Assembly: GCA_965207075.1 (NCBI GenBank)
Contig: CBDBLO010000002.1
Span: 864,001-928,000, forward strand
Origin: Nitrosopumilus sp.
GTDB taxonomy: Archaea > Thermoproteota > Nitrososphaeria > Nitrososphaerales > Nitrosopumilaceae
DNA length: 64,000 nucleotides
Direction: 5' to 3'
Shown: positions 1 through 9,384 of the stretch, one piece after another
Layout: each line of letters starts with the position of its first letter
How positions within the stretch are numbered: the stretch's first letter is position 1
Program-made: the position numbers and the translations under genes
Notes under the pieces: model-generated
The model's input: only the letters and a program-made list of their open reading frames with translations
Told to the model about the DNA's origin: nothing
Databases searched by the model: none

Positions 1-1
1 C

Positions 2-778
2 ATATGGAGAAAGATACGCGACATGACTCCTGACAAGATTGCAAAGATTCCTACAATAAACTCCTCGCGGGCGGACACCCTGCGCGCCTCCGTACTCGTA
101 ATAATGTCGTTCCTCAAAAGCGTAAAATGCGAAAGGCTGACTGTCAGCGCGCACGGGCTGCGAGAGGGCGCGCTTGCGCTGTCAATACAGCACCCGGCCG
201 CGTTCAAGTCGCAGCACATAGACGAGCAGCACATCCGGGAGACGGTCCTCAGCGCGGTCTCCCCGTCTTCGGCCCTCGTATCGTCCAAAATCGACGCGCT
301 TGTGGAACTCCTCCTGTCTGCAAATCTTCTGCACCCGGTCGACCGGCCCGTAATCCGATACGCTCTGGAGCAGACGGACCGCCTGAGGTCGTTTAGGGAC
401 ATCTCAAACATACTGTATACCATAATGGACGACGACTCGCACCTGAGCCACGGCGACCAGCTTGCCGCCGCTCTGGCCCTGATGCACCTGAGAAAGCGCC
501 GCAAGGCGGACATAAACCTGCTCAACTTTGGCTCCATAGCCCGCTCGTACGACAAAAAACGGATACGCCGGATGTCGGCTATTGTGCTTGCGTACCAGAT
601 ACTGGAGAAGTCTTCGGCCGACATGGTTCCGGAGTTTGGCAAGGGCGGCTCCGTCACGCTTGCCGTGCGCGCGCCGTCCGGAAGCCGCTTTCCGCACCTC
701 ATGTTCAAGGAAGCGTGCTCCCAGCTGGAGGACGCGTTTGGAATCCCATTCCGTCCGGACATCCGGGTCATCGGGTGA
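2..778 (+). CDS. ppx: Ppx/GppA-family exopolyphosphatase, C-terminal part (5' truncated by window edge)
   Basis: Frame open from window start; 'SRADTL..S.LVI' and 'VSAHGLREGAL' match the conserved Ppx/GppA C-terminal ASKHA motifs; adjacent to kinase pair and CHAD gene. Confidence 0.8.
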   Translation: MWRKIRDMTPDKIAKIPTINSSRADTLRASVLVIMSFLKSVKCERLTVSAHGLREGALALSIQHPAAFKSQHIDEQHIRETVLSAVSPSSALVSSKIDALVELLLSANLLHPVDRPVIRYALEQTDRLRSFRDISNILYTIMDDDSHLSHGDQLAAALALMHLRKRRKADINLLNFGSIARSYDKKRIRRMSAIVLAYQILEKSSADMVPEFGKGGSVTLAVRAPSGSRFPHLMFKEACSQLEDAFGIPFRPDIRVIG

Positions 779-899
779 CGCACGTGCGCCCACCCTGCCG
801 CGGTGGGCCCACCCTGCCTCAGTGCGTCACTGCGGCGCGCGGGGCAACCCTGCAGATTATTTGCAAGACTTATAGTCTATTTGCGGGCAAAAACCATGC

Positions 900-1688
900 A
901 TGATGGTTGTATCCTCGCGCTCCAGCGCCGCGGACGGCGATTACGGCGCCACGGGACATGCGGGGGCCAAAAAGGCCGAAGCCGGGAGGCGCCGCCCGCG
1001 TAGGGGGGACGTCCCTGGCAAGCTTATCGTAGTCGAGGGGATAGACGGCTCTGGCAAGTCTACCCAGTTGTTGTTGCTTGAAAAGTGGCTGCGGTACAAC
1101 ATGTTTGAGGTCTTTCGCACGGAATGGAACTCTTCGGATATAGTCCGTTCCATAACATCCAAGGGCAAGAAAAAGGAAGCCCTGACACCCACCACGTTCA
1201 GCCTTCTTCACGCGACGGACTTTGCCGATCGATTTGAGCGGCACATACTGCCGCTGCTTCATGCCGGCTATTTCGTGCTGGCCGATAGGTACGTCTACAC
1301 CGCGTACGCCAGGGACGTGACCCGGGGCTGCGACCCGGCATGGGTCCGCAAGGTCTACGACTTTGCCATAAAACCCGACATTACATTCTACTTTAGGGTG
1401 CCTCTTGACACCGCGATGGACCGCATATTGTCCGGCAGACCAAAACTGAAATTTTATGAAGCCGGCGCCGATCTGAACCTCTCAAAGGACCTCTACGAGA
1501 GCTTTAGGATATTCCAACACCGCATCGTAGAGCAGTATGAGGCGATGCACAAGCGCGAGAGCTTCGTGGTTATGGATGCCACGATGCCCATACACGAACA
1601 GCAAATGATCATGCGGGCCAAGGTGCGCAAGATGCTTCCAAAGAAGCTCAAGAAGAAGACGGTTCTGGAGGTGCCCGGGCACGTCTGA
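900..1688 (+). CDS. Thymidylate-kinase-like P-loop kinase (probable catalytic subunit of heteromeric polyphosphate kinase)
   Basis: LIVVEGIDGSGKSTQ Walker A, LADRY motif; ~40 aa low-complexity N-terminal extension; polyP gene context. Confidence 0.85.
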   Translation: MMVVSSRSSAADGDYGATGHAGAKKAEAGRRRPRRGDVPGKLIVVEGIDGSGKSTQLLLLEKWLRYNMFEVFRTEWNSSDIVRSITSKGKKKEALTPTTFSLLHATDFADRFERHILPLLHAGYFVLADRYVYTAYARDVTRGCDPAWVRKVYDFAIKPDITFYFRVPLDTAMDRILSGRPKLKFYEAGADLNLSKDLYESFRIFQHRIVEQYEAMHKRESFVVMDATMPIHEQQMIMRAKVRKMLPKKLKKKTVLEVPGHV

Positions 1689-1728
1689 TGCGAGTGACTT
1701 TGCATCCATACGCGACGCGTCCGGGACG

Positions 1729-2694
1729 GTGGTAGCAGAGGCGCGCGCCGCACATGGCCGCGTCATGCATGACGATGCCGGGGAGGGCTCTGAGGATAGC
1801 GACGCGTCCGGCGATTTCGGGGCCGGCGACACCACTGAGGAGTATTCTGACAGCCACGCGTACTATGACTCTGACATATACCGCCAGCTTGCAGGAGTGG
1901 GGGATGCCGCCACGGCCGGCGTCGGCAGCCGCGGTGCCGGTACCGGTGGTGGCGCTGGCAGCAGCGGCAGCAACATGGGCGGCATGAAATCCCGCAAGCC
2001 CAGATGGTACGGAACAAAAAAGTTCGGCGGGCTGCACTATCTACGCGACATCGAGATAGCGGGGCGCCTGATCGTAATAGAGGGGCCCGACGCGTCCGGG
2101 AGAAGCACCCAGATCGAGTTGCTCACCACACAGCTGGAGGCAGAAGGGTACGCCGTGCTAAACACGGGACTCACCCGTTCGGAGATAATCGGCCAGGGCA
2201 TACTAGAGGCCAAGCGCAACATCTCGCTTGGGGTGAGGACGCTTGCAATGTTTTATGCGGCCGACTTTGCAGATCAGCTAGAGCACAAGATCATACCGGC
2301 ACTGCAGGCGGGCTACGTGGTACTGGCAGACCGGTACATCTACACGCTCATGGCGCGAAACACAGTACGCGGCATCAGGCGTAGCTGGTCAAGCAACCTG
2401 TACAGCTTTGCACTCGTGCCGGACATGACCTTTTACCTTGATGTGGACCCGTACGTGCTTGTACACCGCGTCTTTGCAAAGAGGCAGAGCTTGGACTATT
2501 ACGAGTCGGGAGCCGACATGGGCATATCAAAGAACATGTACGACTCTTTCATAAAATACCAGCAGAGGCTCGCCCGGGAGTTTGGGATCTTGGAGCAAAA
2601 GTACGACCTCAACATCGTAAACGGAAACCGCCCCACAGACGTCATAAACGCCGGGCTCAAGAAGCAGATCCTGCGGTATCTCTCAAAGGCATAA
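1729..2694 (+). CDS. Second thymidylate-kinase-like protein with degenerate P-loop (probable partner/regulatory subunit); start uncertain
   Basis: IVIEGPDASGRSTQ (K->R), LADRY motif; paralog of upstream gene; long Asp/Gly/Ser-rich N-terminus. Confidence 0.85.
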   Translation: MVAEARAAHGRVMHDDAGEGSEDSDASGDFGAGDTTEEYSDSHAYYDSDIYRQLAGVGDAATAGVGSRGAGTGGGAGSSGSNMGGMKSRKPRWYGTKKFGGLHYLRDIEIAGRLIVIEGPDASGRSTQIELLTTQLEAEGYAVLNTGLTRSEIIGQGILEAKRNISLGVRTLAMFYAADFADQLEHKIIPALQAGYVVLADRYIYTLMARNTVRGIRRSWSSNLYSFALVPDMTFYLDVDPYVLVHRVFAKRQSLDYYESGADMGISKNMYDSFIKYQQRLAREFGILEQKYDLNIVNGNRPTDVINAGLKKQILRYLSKA

Positions 2695-2718
2695 TGATAA
2701 TGGTGGTGATGGTGGCGC

Positions 2719-3870
2719 ATGGCTCACACAAGGTCCAAAACTACGCACGGGGAATATGACGATCATGGGCGGGGCGTCCCCATCGTCGCCGCCGACGCCT
2801 ACACTACCACTGCTGCCGTTGACACTGCCCCCGACACTTACGTGACCGCCTCGGCACACGGCCTCGTCCCTGACGCTGCGGGCGCGGTGACGGATATTGT
2901 GGACTCCGGAGGAAAGCCGCCTAAAAAGGGCGGGCCGCGCCCAGTCCGGGGCAACGATACTGACACTACAAGGCCGTACCACAACGCAATGCGCAGGCGC
3001 TACGATCTCTTTGCAAAGCGCCTTGAGGCATACCTGTCCAGTCCGGGCGAGGAACAGCTGCACGACCTGCGCACGTCCATACGCCGGCTCGAATCCACGT
3101 ATGGCGCACTGCCAAAGTCAGAAAGGCCCGCGCGATGCGGCAAGCTGATGTCCGCTGCAAGGGACCTGTTCCGCGGGACCGGCCCGCTGCGGGACTCTGA
3201 TGTCGTATCGGGCATGCTGATTAAGCTGGGCGTTCCGGCCGACTCGGAGGCGGTTGTAAAACTCTGCCGCGGCAGGGAGGGCGTCCTTGGGGACGCGCTA
3301 TTCCGCGCCAGGAAGATTGCGGCGCTCAAACCGCTGTCTGGAGCAGTGGACAGGATTGACCGGCACAAGATGGCGTTCAAGCGCAGGCGCATGATCTGGT
3401 CGCTCTTTGATGACGTGCGTGGCATCTCTGTAACAGTGACCTCTGACGAGTCAAAGGTTGAGGAGCTTCATGCCATGCGGAAGATGGTAAAGAGGCTCCG
3501 CTACCTGCTGGAAGACGAGACCCAGTACAGGACATATTGTCGCGTCGCTGCAGCTGCCCCTGCCGGTACGAGCGCTGCCATATCGCCTGGTAATGACGCC
3601 AGTTGCAGCGTCAATGACGCCCAAAACTATGATGCATCGCTGTCGAGGGTCTTGGACAGCGTAAGGCAGGTCCAGGAATCGACTGGCACCATACACGACT
3701 GCGACATTGCACTACAGTACGTCACTGCAAACTATGCCAGTCTTGGGGACGGCGCCGCAGGAATCTTCGATGCGATTCAAAAGCGCCGCCACAAAACCTA
3801 CCTGGATCTTGTGGGCGCGCACGATGATGACGCGCCCTCCGCGACGCGTCCCAAAACGGAACCGTCTTGA
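2719..3870 (+). CDS. CHAD-domain polyphosphate-binding protein
   Basis: EQLHDLRTSIRRL, LRDSDV, ELHAMRKMVKRLRYLLE, QESTGTIHDCD are hallmark CHAD motifs. Confidence 0.88.
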   Translation: MAHTRSKTTHGEYDDHGRGVPIVAADAYTTTAAVDTAPDTYVTASAHGLVPDAAGAVTDIVDSGGKPPKKGGPRPVRGNDTDTTRPYHNAMRRRYDLFAKRLEAYLSSPGEEQLHDLRTSIRRLESTYGALPKSERPARCGKLMSAARDLFRGTGPLRDSDVVSGMLIKLGVPADSEAVVKLCRGREGVLGDALFRARKIAALKPLSGAVDRIDRHKMAFKRRRMIWSLFDDVRGISVTVTSDESKVEELHAMRKMVKRLRYLLEDETQYRTYCRVAAAAPAGTSAAISPGNDASCSVNDAQNYDASLSRVLDSVRQVQESTGTIHDCDIALQYVTANYASLGDGAAGIFDAIQKRRHKTYLDLVGAHDDDAPSATRPKTEPS

Positions 3871-4199
3871 AGTCGATAAATGATTCGGACGTTCCGTGCC
3901 CGTGTGAAATCGTTCGGCAGGGTGGGCTCTGCATGGGATATGGACATGTTCGGGGGTGCTTGGGGGCGCTCCTGAAACGCCCGAGGGCCATGACGCGCCG
4001 TTTTGCATAGGCGAGGGCAAGGATGAAAATCTAGTCGTCGTTCGTCATGGGACTCACCAAGCGACAGCGTGAAATAATGGTGGCGCCGGTATCTGAAAAG
4101 GCAAGGTTTGTCGATCCCCCGGCGGCCGTAGTTATGGCCACACCGACATCGTGGTCGGTGCTGTTTATATCTGCACACGGGAACGGGACGAGGTGGACG

Positions 4200-4820
4200 A
4201 CACGAAAAAGAAGTTCCTGGGACTGGTTTACCTGATAATAGGGCAATATCGTTACTTTCCGGACTCTCTTCCACTGCGTAAGTATATCACTACTATGAAA
4301 ACATTCCAGTTGATCTTCTGGCGCTTCTGATCCTCTCGTATGCGCTGAGCGGAATCACATTCTTTTTTGGCATCAGATGTGTTAAATAAGGACCTGTTCC
4401 AGTTTTTCCCTGAACAAGTACGTCAAAATCTCGTTACTCGTACCCGCGGGAATAGTAGTGTATCTTGTGTTCGCCAACCTGTATGTTCATAGTATTATTC
4501 CCGAAGTATACCAAAGATACGATTCAAACGAGCACGTCCTGGCCTTTAGGGAGGCGTATAACTCCGGAAGTATGACTACGACGTTTAGCATCTTTTGGGG
4601 CGTTGATGCAATAAGCTATTCCGACACGAGGGGAATCAAGTCTGCGGAGCTTGTGATACACGTCAGTGAGGATGAACGCATGGAACTGAACTGCTATGAC
4701 GACGTGTTTAGCGAAAAACCCGTCAAGTTCCACAGCGTGGACTCCCCGTCAATCGACGACATCGCATCGTCAGTTTCCATCTGCGGTTTCAACGACATGG
4801 GCCGCCTCATCCCGCCCTGA
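4200..4820 (+). pseudogene. Probable frameshifted membrane-protein gene (lower GC); intact 3' ORF 4458..4820
   Basis: Hydrophobic segments (KKKFLGLVYLIIG; VDLLALLILSYALSGITFFFG; KISLLVPAGIVVYLVFA) lie in successive frames separated by stops/frameshifts and lead into ORF 4458..4820. Confidence 0.4.
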
Positions 4821-5204
4821 TCATATTGCAGGTACAAAACGGCACCGGCAAGGCCTGGGGACATGCGCAGCGCGTTCGGGTCCGGACTCTCGGAGGCCAG
4901 CCGCATGCGCGCGTGTCTTGACACGCAGCTGCGGGCGGTGGATGCGCCCCGCGGACGTATGCACGTCACACCCCGCCCGCCAGAACCAAAATCCGGATTG
5001 GCACGGGTTCGTACGTATTTCAGAATTTGAGAGAGGGCCGACGTGTAAGCGGAATTGCCGGATTCTTATCCTGGTGCGGTTTGGAGGCGTGCAACATATC
5101 GCGCCCCGCAATCCGCGGTTGGCCGGCCGTGCAAAAAGAGCCCGGACCGCGCCCTCCTGCCTGCATCCTGCTAGAGTTAATAGACGCGGCGTGTCCTGAC
5201 GTCC

Positions 5205-6032
5205 ATGGCGCTTGCCGAGTCGGCGGTATTTGGCATGCTGCAGGGCGTCCTTGAGTGGCTTCCGATATCAAGCACGGGCGAGCTCGTCATTATAATGACC
5301 GGGATATTCGGGTACGCGCCACAGGACGCGGCGGACCTGTCGTTTTTCCTGCACCTTGGAACGGCTGGCTCGGCCGTCCTCTACCTGCGCCGGGACATCG
5401 CACGCATACTCCGCAGCGCAGGCGGTTACCGCCCCGGATACGGCAACCCCTCCGACGGCATGATCACGTTCCTGGTAGTATCCACGCTCCTGAGCGGGGC
5501 GCTCGGGTTCTCCGTGTTTGCGCTTGCAACGGATGCGGGCGCCGCGTCCGGCGAGTTCCTGCTCGGACTGGTCGGGATCGCGCTGATAGCGACGGGGATA
5601 ATCCTGTATGCCACCAAGAGGCGGCAGGGCCCTGCCGCGTATGCCGCCGGCCTAAAGTCCGCCGAGTCGCTCAACTTGCGCGACACCGTGCTTCTTGGGG
5701 TGGCCCAGGCGTTCTCCGCCCTGCCCGGGCTGTCCCGGTCCGGCGTCACGGTCTCCGCGCTTCTCCTGCGCGGATACTCTGCGCCCGAGGCCCTGCGCCT
5801 CTCCTTTTTGATGGGCATCCCCGCCGTGCTGACGGCCCAGGCGGGGCTACTGCTCGTGTACGGCCTCCCGGATGCCGAGCCCGCCGAACTGCTGGTGGGG
5901 CTTGCGCTCTCGTTCGCGTTCGGGTACCTGTCCATGCGCGTACTTGTGGGCATAGCGGGCAGGGTCAGCTTTTGGTGGTTTGCAATCATAATGGGCTGCG
6001 TCGCGCTGCTCTCGTTTGCGGGCCTGTTCTGA
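5205..6032 (+). CDS. uppP: Undecaprenyl/polyprenyl-diphosphate phosphatase (BacA/UppP family)
   Basis: QGVLEWLPISSTG, LHLGT, AQAFSALPGLSRSGVT, LSFLMGIP motifs; multi-TM. Confidence 0.92.
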   Translation: MALAESAVFGMLQGVLEWLPISSTGELVIIMTGIFGYAPQDAADLSFFLHLGTAGSAVLYLRRDIARILRSAGGYRPGYGNPSDGMITFLVVSTLLSGALGFSVFALATDAGAASGEFLLGLVGIALIATGIILYATKRRQGPAAYAAGLKSAESLNLRDTVLLGVAQAFSALPGLSRSGVTVSALLLRGYSAPEALRLSFLMGIPAVLTAQAGLLLVYGLPDAEPAELLVGLALSFAFGYLSMRVLVGIAGRVSFWWFAIIMGCVALLSFAGLF

Positions 6033-6045
6033 CTCTCCCGCACCT

Positions 6046-6073
6046 TTAGCTGCGCCTATTTAGCTCTGCCTAT
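6046..6073 (+). promoter_or_regulatory. Tandem imperfect palindromic boxes (DtxR/MntR-like) upstream of suf operon
   Basis: TTAGCTGCGCCTAT + TTAGCTCTGCCTAT back to back; similar boxes at 29571-29603. Confidence 0.55.
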
Positions 6074-6086
6074 TTTCCCACATCTA

Positions 6087-6093
6087 TTTATAA
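6087..6093 (+). promoter_or_regulatory. TATA box of suf operon
   Basis: TTTATAA about 25 nt upstream of sufB ATG (6116). Confidence 0.65.
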
Positions 6094-6115
6094 TAACGAC
6101 GTTATGTCGTGTGTG

Positions 6116-7516
6116 ATGGCAACTGAGAACCTTGAGATGGATTATTCAAAGTATGACTTTAAGGATTCTACTGAGATGTACGTCCACCTGAGCAAGAAGG
6201 GGCTCACAAAGGAGACGGTAATTGGAATCAGCAAGATGAAGGACGAGCCGCAGTGGATGCTCGACTTTAGGCTGAGATCGTTTGAGACGTTTATGAAGAA
6301 ACCCATGCCCACGTGGGGCGGCGACTTGAGTACGATCGACTTTCAGAACATCTACTATTACGCAAAGGCGTCAGAAAAGACCGAGAAGAGCTGGGACGAC
6401 GTTCCGGCCGACGTAAAGAACACCTTTGACAAGCTCGGAATTCCAGAGGCCGAGAAGAAGTTCCTGGCCGGCGTCGGGGCCCAGTACGAGTCTGAGGTCG
6501 TATACCACAACCTCCGGGAGGACCTGCAAAAGCAGGGCGTGATGTTCCTTGACACGGACTCGGCGCTAAAGGAGCAGCCCGAGATATTCCGCAAGTACTT
6601 TGGCAAGGTCATACCGCCCGAGGACAACAAGTTTGCGGCCCTCAACAGCGCGGTCTGGAGCGGCGGCTCGTTCATCTACGTGCCGCCGGGCGTAAAGGTC
6701 GACATGCCACTCCAGGCGTACTTTAGGATAAACGCGGAGAATATCGGGCAGTTTGAGCGCACCCTGATCATCGTAGACGAGGGCGCAGACGTCCACTACA
6801 TAGAGGGGTGCACGGCCCCCGTATACTCGTCCGAGTCGCTGCACTCTGCGGTGGTGGAGCTGGTGGCCCACAAGGACGCCCACCTGCGGTATACCACAAT
6901 CCAGAACTGGAGCAACGACGTGTACAACCTGGTGACAAAGCGCGCCTACGCGTACGAAGGGGCCACGGTGGAATGGATTGACGGCAACATAGGAAGCCGC
7001 CTCACGATGAAGTACCCGGGAGTGTACCTGATGGGGCAGCGCGCCTACGGCGAGACGTTGTCAATCGCCTTTGCAGGCAAGGGACAGCACCAGGACACGG
7101 GCGCCAAGATGGTGCACCTGGCGCCAAACACCAAGTCAAAGATCACCTCCAAGTCGGTGAGCAGACATGACGGACGCTCCACGTACCGCGGGCTGCTCAA
7201 CGTGGCAAAGGGCGCGACCAACGTAAAATCGACCGTAAGGTGCGACGCGCTGCTTCTTGATGACACGTCGAAGACCGACACGTACCCGTACATGGAGATA
7301 AACCAGGAGGACGCCACCATTACGCACGAGGCCACCGTAGGCAAGATCGGCGACGACCAGATATTCTATTTGATGAGCCGGGGCTTTACGGAGGAGGAGG
7401 CCCTGTCGCTGATAGTAAACGGGTTCATGGAGCCGTTCACAAAGGAGCTTCCGATGGAGTATGCGGTGGAGCTGAACCGGCTGATAAAGCTCGAGATGGA
7501 CGACTCCGTGGGGTGA
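6116..7516 (+). CDS. sufB: Fe-S cluster assembly scaffold SufB
   Basis: [52 protein letters not shown] motifs. Confidence 0.97.
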   Translation: MATENLEMDYSKYDFKDSTEMYVHLSKKGLTKETVIGISKMKDEPQWMLDFRLRSFETFMKKPMPTWGGDLSTIDFQNIYYYAKASEKTEKSWDDVPADVKNTFDKLGIPEAEKKFLAGVGAQYESEVVYHNLREDLQKQGVMFLDTDSALKEQPEIFRKYFGKVIPPEDNKFAALNSAVWSGGSFIYVPPGVKVDMPLQAYFRINAENIGQFERTLIIVDEGADVHYIEGCTAPVYSSESLHSAVVELVAHKDAHLRYTTIQNWSNDVYNLVTKRAYAYEGATVEWIDGNIGSRLTMKYPGVYLMGQRAYGETLSIAFAGKGQHQDTGAKMVHLAPNTKSKITSKSVSRHDGRSTYRGLLNVAKGATNVKSTVRCDALLLDDTSKTDTYPYMEINQEDATITHEATVGKIGDDQIFYLMSRGFTEEEALSLIVNGFMEPFTKELPMEYAVELNRLIKLEMDDSVG

Positions 7517-7553
7517 CCGTCCTGCCCGCCCGCTGCCTGTGAGTTGATATGCA

Positions 7554-8993
7554 ATGTCCGCACTTCAAAAGCTGTCAGAACTTGACGAGTCCCACATAGA
7601 CGCGATATCCGCCCAGGGGCGCGATCCGCAGTGGCTTCAAGAGTACAGGCGCAGCTCGTTTGAGGCGTACGGCCGGCTGCCGCTTGAGACCTCTCCACTG
7701 TACAACAAGTATACCGATGCCAGGAGGCTTGATCCCGCGCAGGTACTGCTGCCGCCGGGCATGTCTGCATCTGATGCCGAGCCCGCGTTCTTGGGCCGCC
7801 GGATTGCGGAACTGAAGGACGAGTTGTCGATCATACAGGTGGGCACCAGCATTGCCCGCGTCAACGTTACTGACGACGCGGCGGCCAAGGGCGTCGTGGT
7901 CAGCTCCATATATGACGCGCTCAACGACGGCAACAGCGAGTCGGCCATACGCGCCGCCCTCGAGTCGTCGGACTCGGAGGGTGACAAGTTCACCGCGCTG
8001 AACAATGCGGCCTTTAACTCCGGGATATTCGTACACGTTCCCGACGGGGTCCAGATTGACAGGCCCATATACGCGCTGGTCTGCCTGCCCCAAGACGGCT
8101 CTTCTGTAATATCGCGCAACGTCATTGCAATGGGAGACTCGGCGAGGGCCACCATCGTACAGGAGATGTACTCGCCAAGGCCCGGCGACGGTTCTGCGTC
8201 CCCCGGGGCCCTGCAGCCGTCATATCTGGAGATGCTCAACACGACGGTGGGAGCCAACTCGCGCCTTGACGTGACTACGCTCCAGATGCTTGACCAGTCT
8301 GCCGTCAACTTCTCGACCCGGCTTACCAACATATCGCAGGACGCCCAAGTGAACTGGTATTCGGGACTCTTCGGGGCCCAGCTGAGCAGGTACCGCATAG
8401 ACTACTTTTTGCGCGGCAGCGGGGCGTCTACGAACGACTCTGAGGTGGTGTTCGGCAACGCGGACCAGTCCTTTGACATCCAGACCGAGGTGAACCACGA
8501 GAGCCCCGCGACCGAGGGCAGGGTTGTCGAAAAGTCCATCCTACGCGACAAGTCCAAGTCGCTGTTCAAGGGCATGATACGCATAAGGGAGAACGCGACA
8601 AAGTCAAACTCATTTCTGTCAGGCAGGTCCATCCTGCTTGATCCCGACGCCAAGTCCGACGCCATACCCGGGCTGGAAATACTGACAAACGATGTCAAGG
8701 CCACGCATTCGGCGTCGGTCGCCCAGATCGACGAAGAGCAGATATTCTACCTGCAGTCGAGGTGCCTCAGCAAGGAGGAGGCCGAACGCACCATCGTCGA
8801 GGGGTTCTTGGAGCCGCTGTCCAGGAAGATGTCGTACCAGGTAAGGGCCTGGATTGCATACCTGATCGAGTCAAAATGGGAAGGCCGCGAGCTTGGCATC
8901 AATACGGACGAGGAGCTTGCAAAGTTCATCGAGGTCGAGGAGACCAGATACAACGAGGATGCGGAGATTGAGCAACACTACAAGTACCGCTGA
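7554..8993 (+). CDS. sufD: Fe-S cluster assembly protein SufD
   Basis: SufBD beta-helix; DAIPGLEI..NDVKATHSASV, IFYLQSR, IVEGFL. Confidence 0.93.
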   Translation: MSALQKLSELDESHIDAISAQGRDPQWLQEYRRSSFEAYGRLPLETSPLYNKYTDARRLDPAQVLLPPGMSASDAEPAFLGRRIAELKDELSIIQVGTSIARVNVTDDAAAKGVVVSSIYDALNDGNSESAIRAALESSDSEGDKFTALNNAAFNSGIFVHVPDGVQIDRPIYALVCLPQDGSSVISRNVIAMGDSARATIVQEMYSPRPGDGSASPGALQPSYLEMLNTTVGANSRLDVTTLQMLDQSAVNFSTRLTNISQDAQVNWYSGLFGAQLSRYRIDYFLRGSGASTNDSEVVFGNADQSFDIQTEVNHESPATEGRVVEKSILRDKSKSLFKGMIRIRENATKSNSFLSGRSILLDPDAKSDAIPGLEILTNDVKATHSASVAQIDEEQIFYLQSRCLSKEEAERTIVEGFLEPLSRKMSYQVRAWIAYLIESKWEGRELGINTDEELAKFIEVEETRYNEDAEIEQHYKYR

Positions 8994-9015
8994 TGGCGGC
9001 GGCGGGAACGGCGCC

Positions 9016-9375
9016 ATGGACGCTGCCGCAGGTGACGGCGCCGGCGGCAACGACGACGGCAAAAAAAGATGGCTCCGCGTGTGCCCGCTCTCCGACGTTG
9101 CAGACGGGACGCTGCAAAAATTCGAGGATCACGAGGGCGGCCGCAGGATGCTGATCGCAAACCAGGGCGGGGCAATACGCGCGACTGACCTGATGTGCAC
9201 TCACGAGGACGCGGACCTGTCGACAGGCTTTCTGGGGCCCGACGGCGTGCGCTGCCCGTTACACCTTTCTGTGTTTGACTTGGAGTCAGGCTGCCCACTC
9301 AACCCTCCCGCCGAAAAACCCGTGCAAGTCTACAATGTTAGAGTGGACGATGGACAGATATACGTAGAGGCGTAG
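9016..9375 (+). CDS. Rieske [2Fe-2S] ferredoxin
   Basis: CTHE...CPLH.SVFDL.SG Rieske ligand motifs. Confidence 0.92.
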   Translation: MDAAAGDGAGGNDDGKKRWLRVCPLSDVADGTLQKFEDHEGGRRMLIANQGGAIRATDLMCTHEDADLSTGFLGPDGVRCPLHLSVFDLESGCPLNPPAEKPVQVYNVRVDDGQIYVEA

Positions 9376-9384
9376 TGATCGGCC

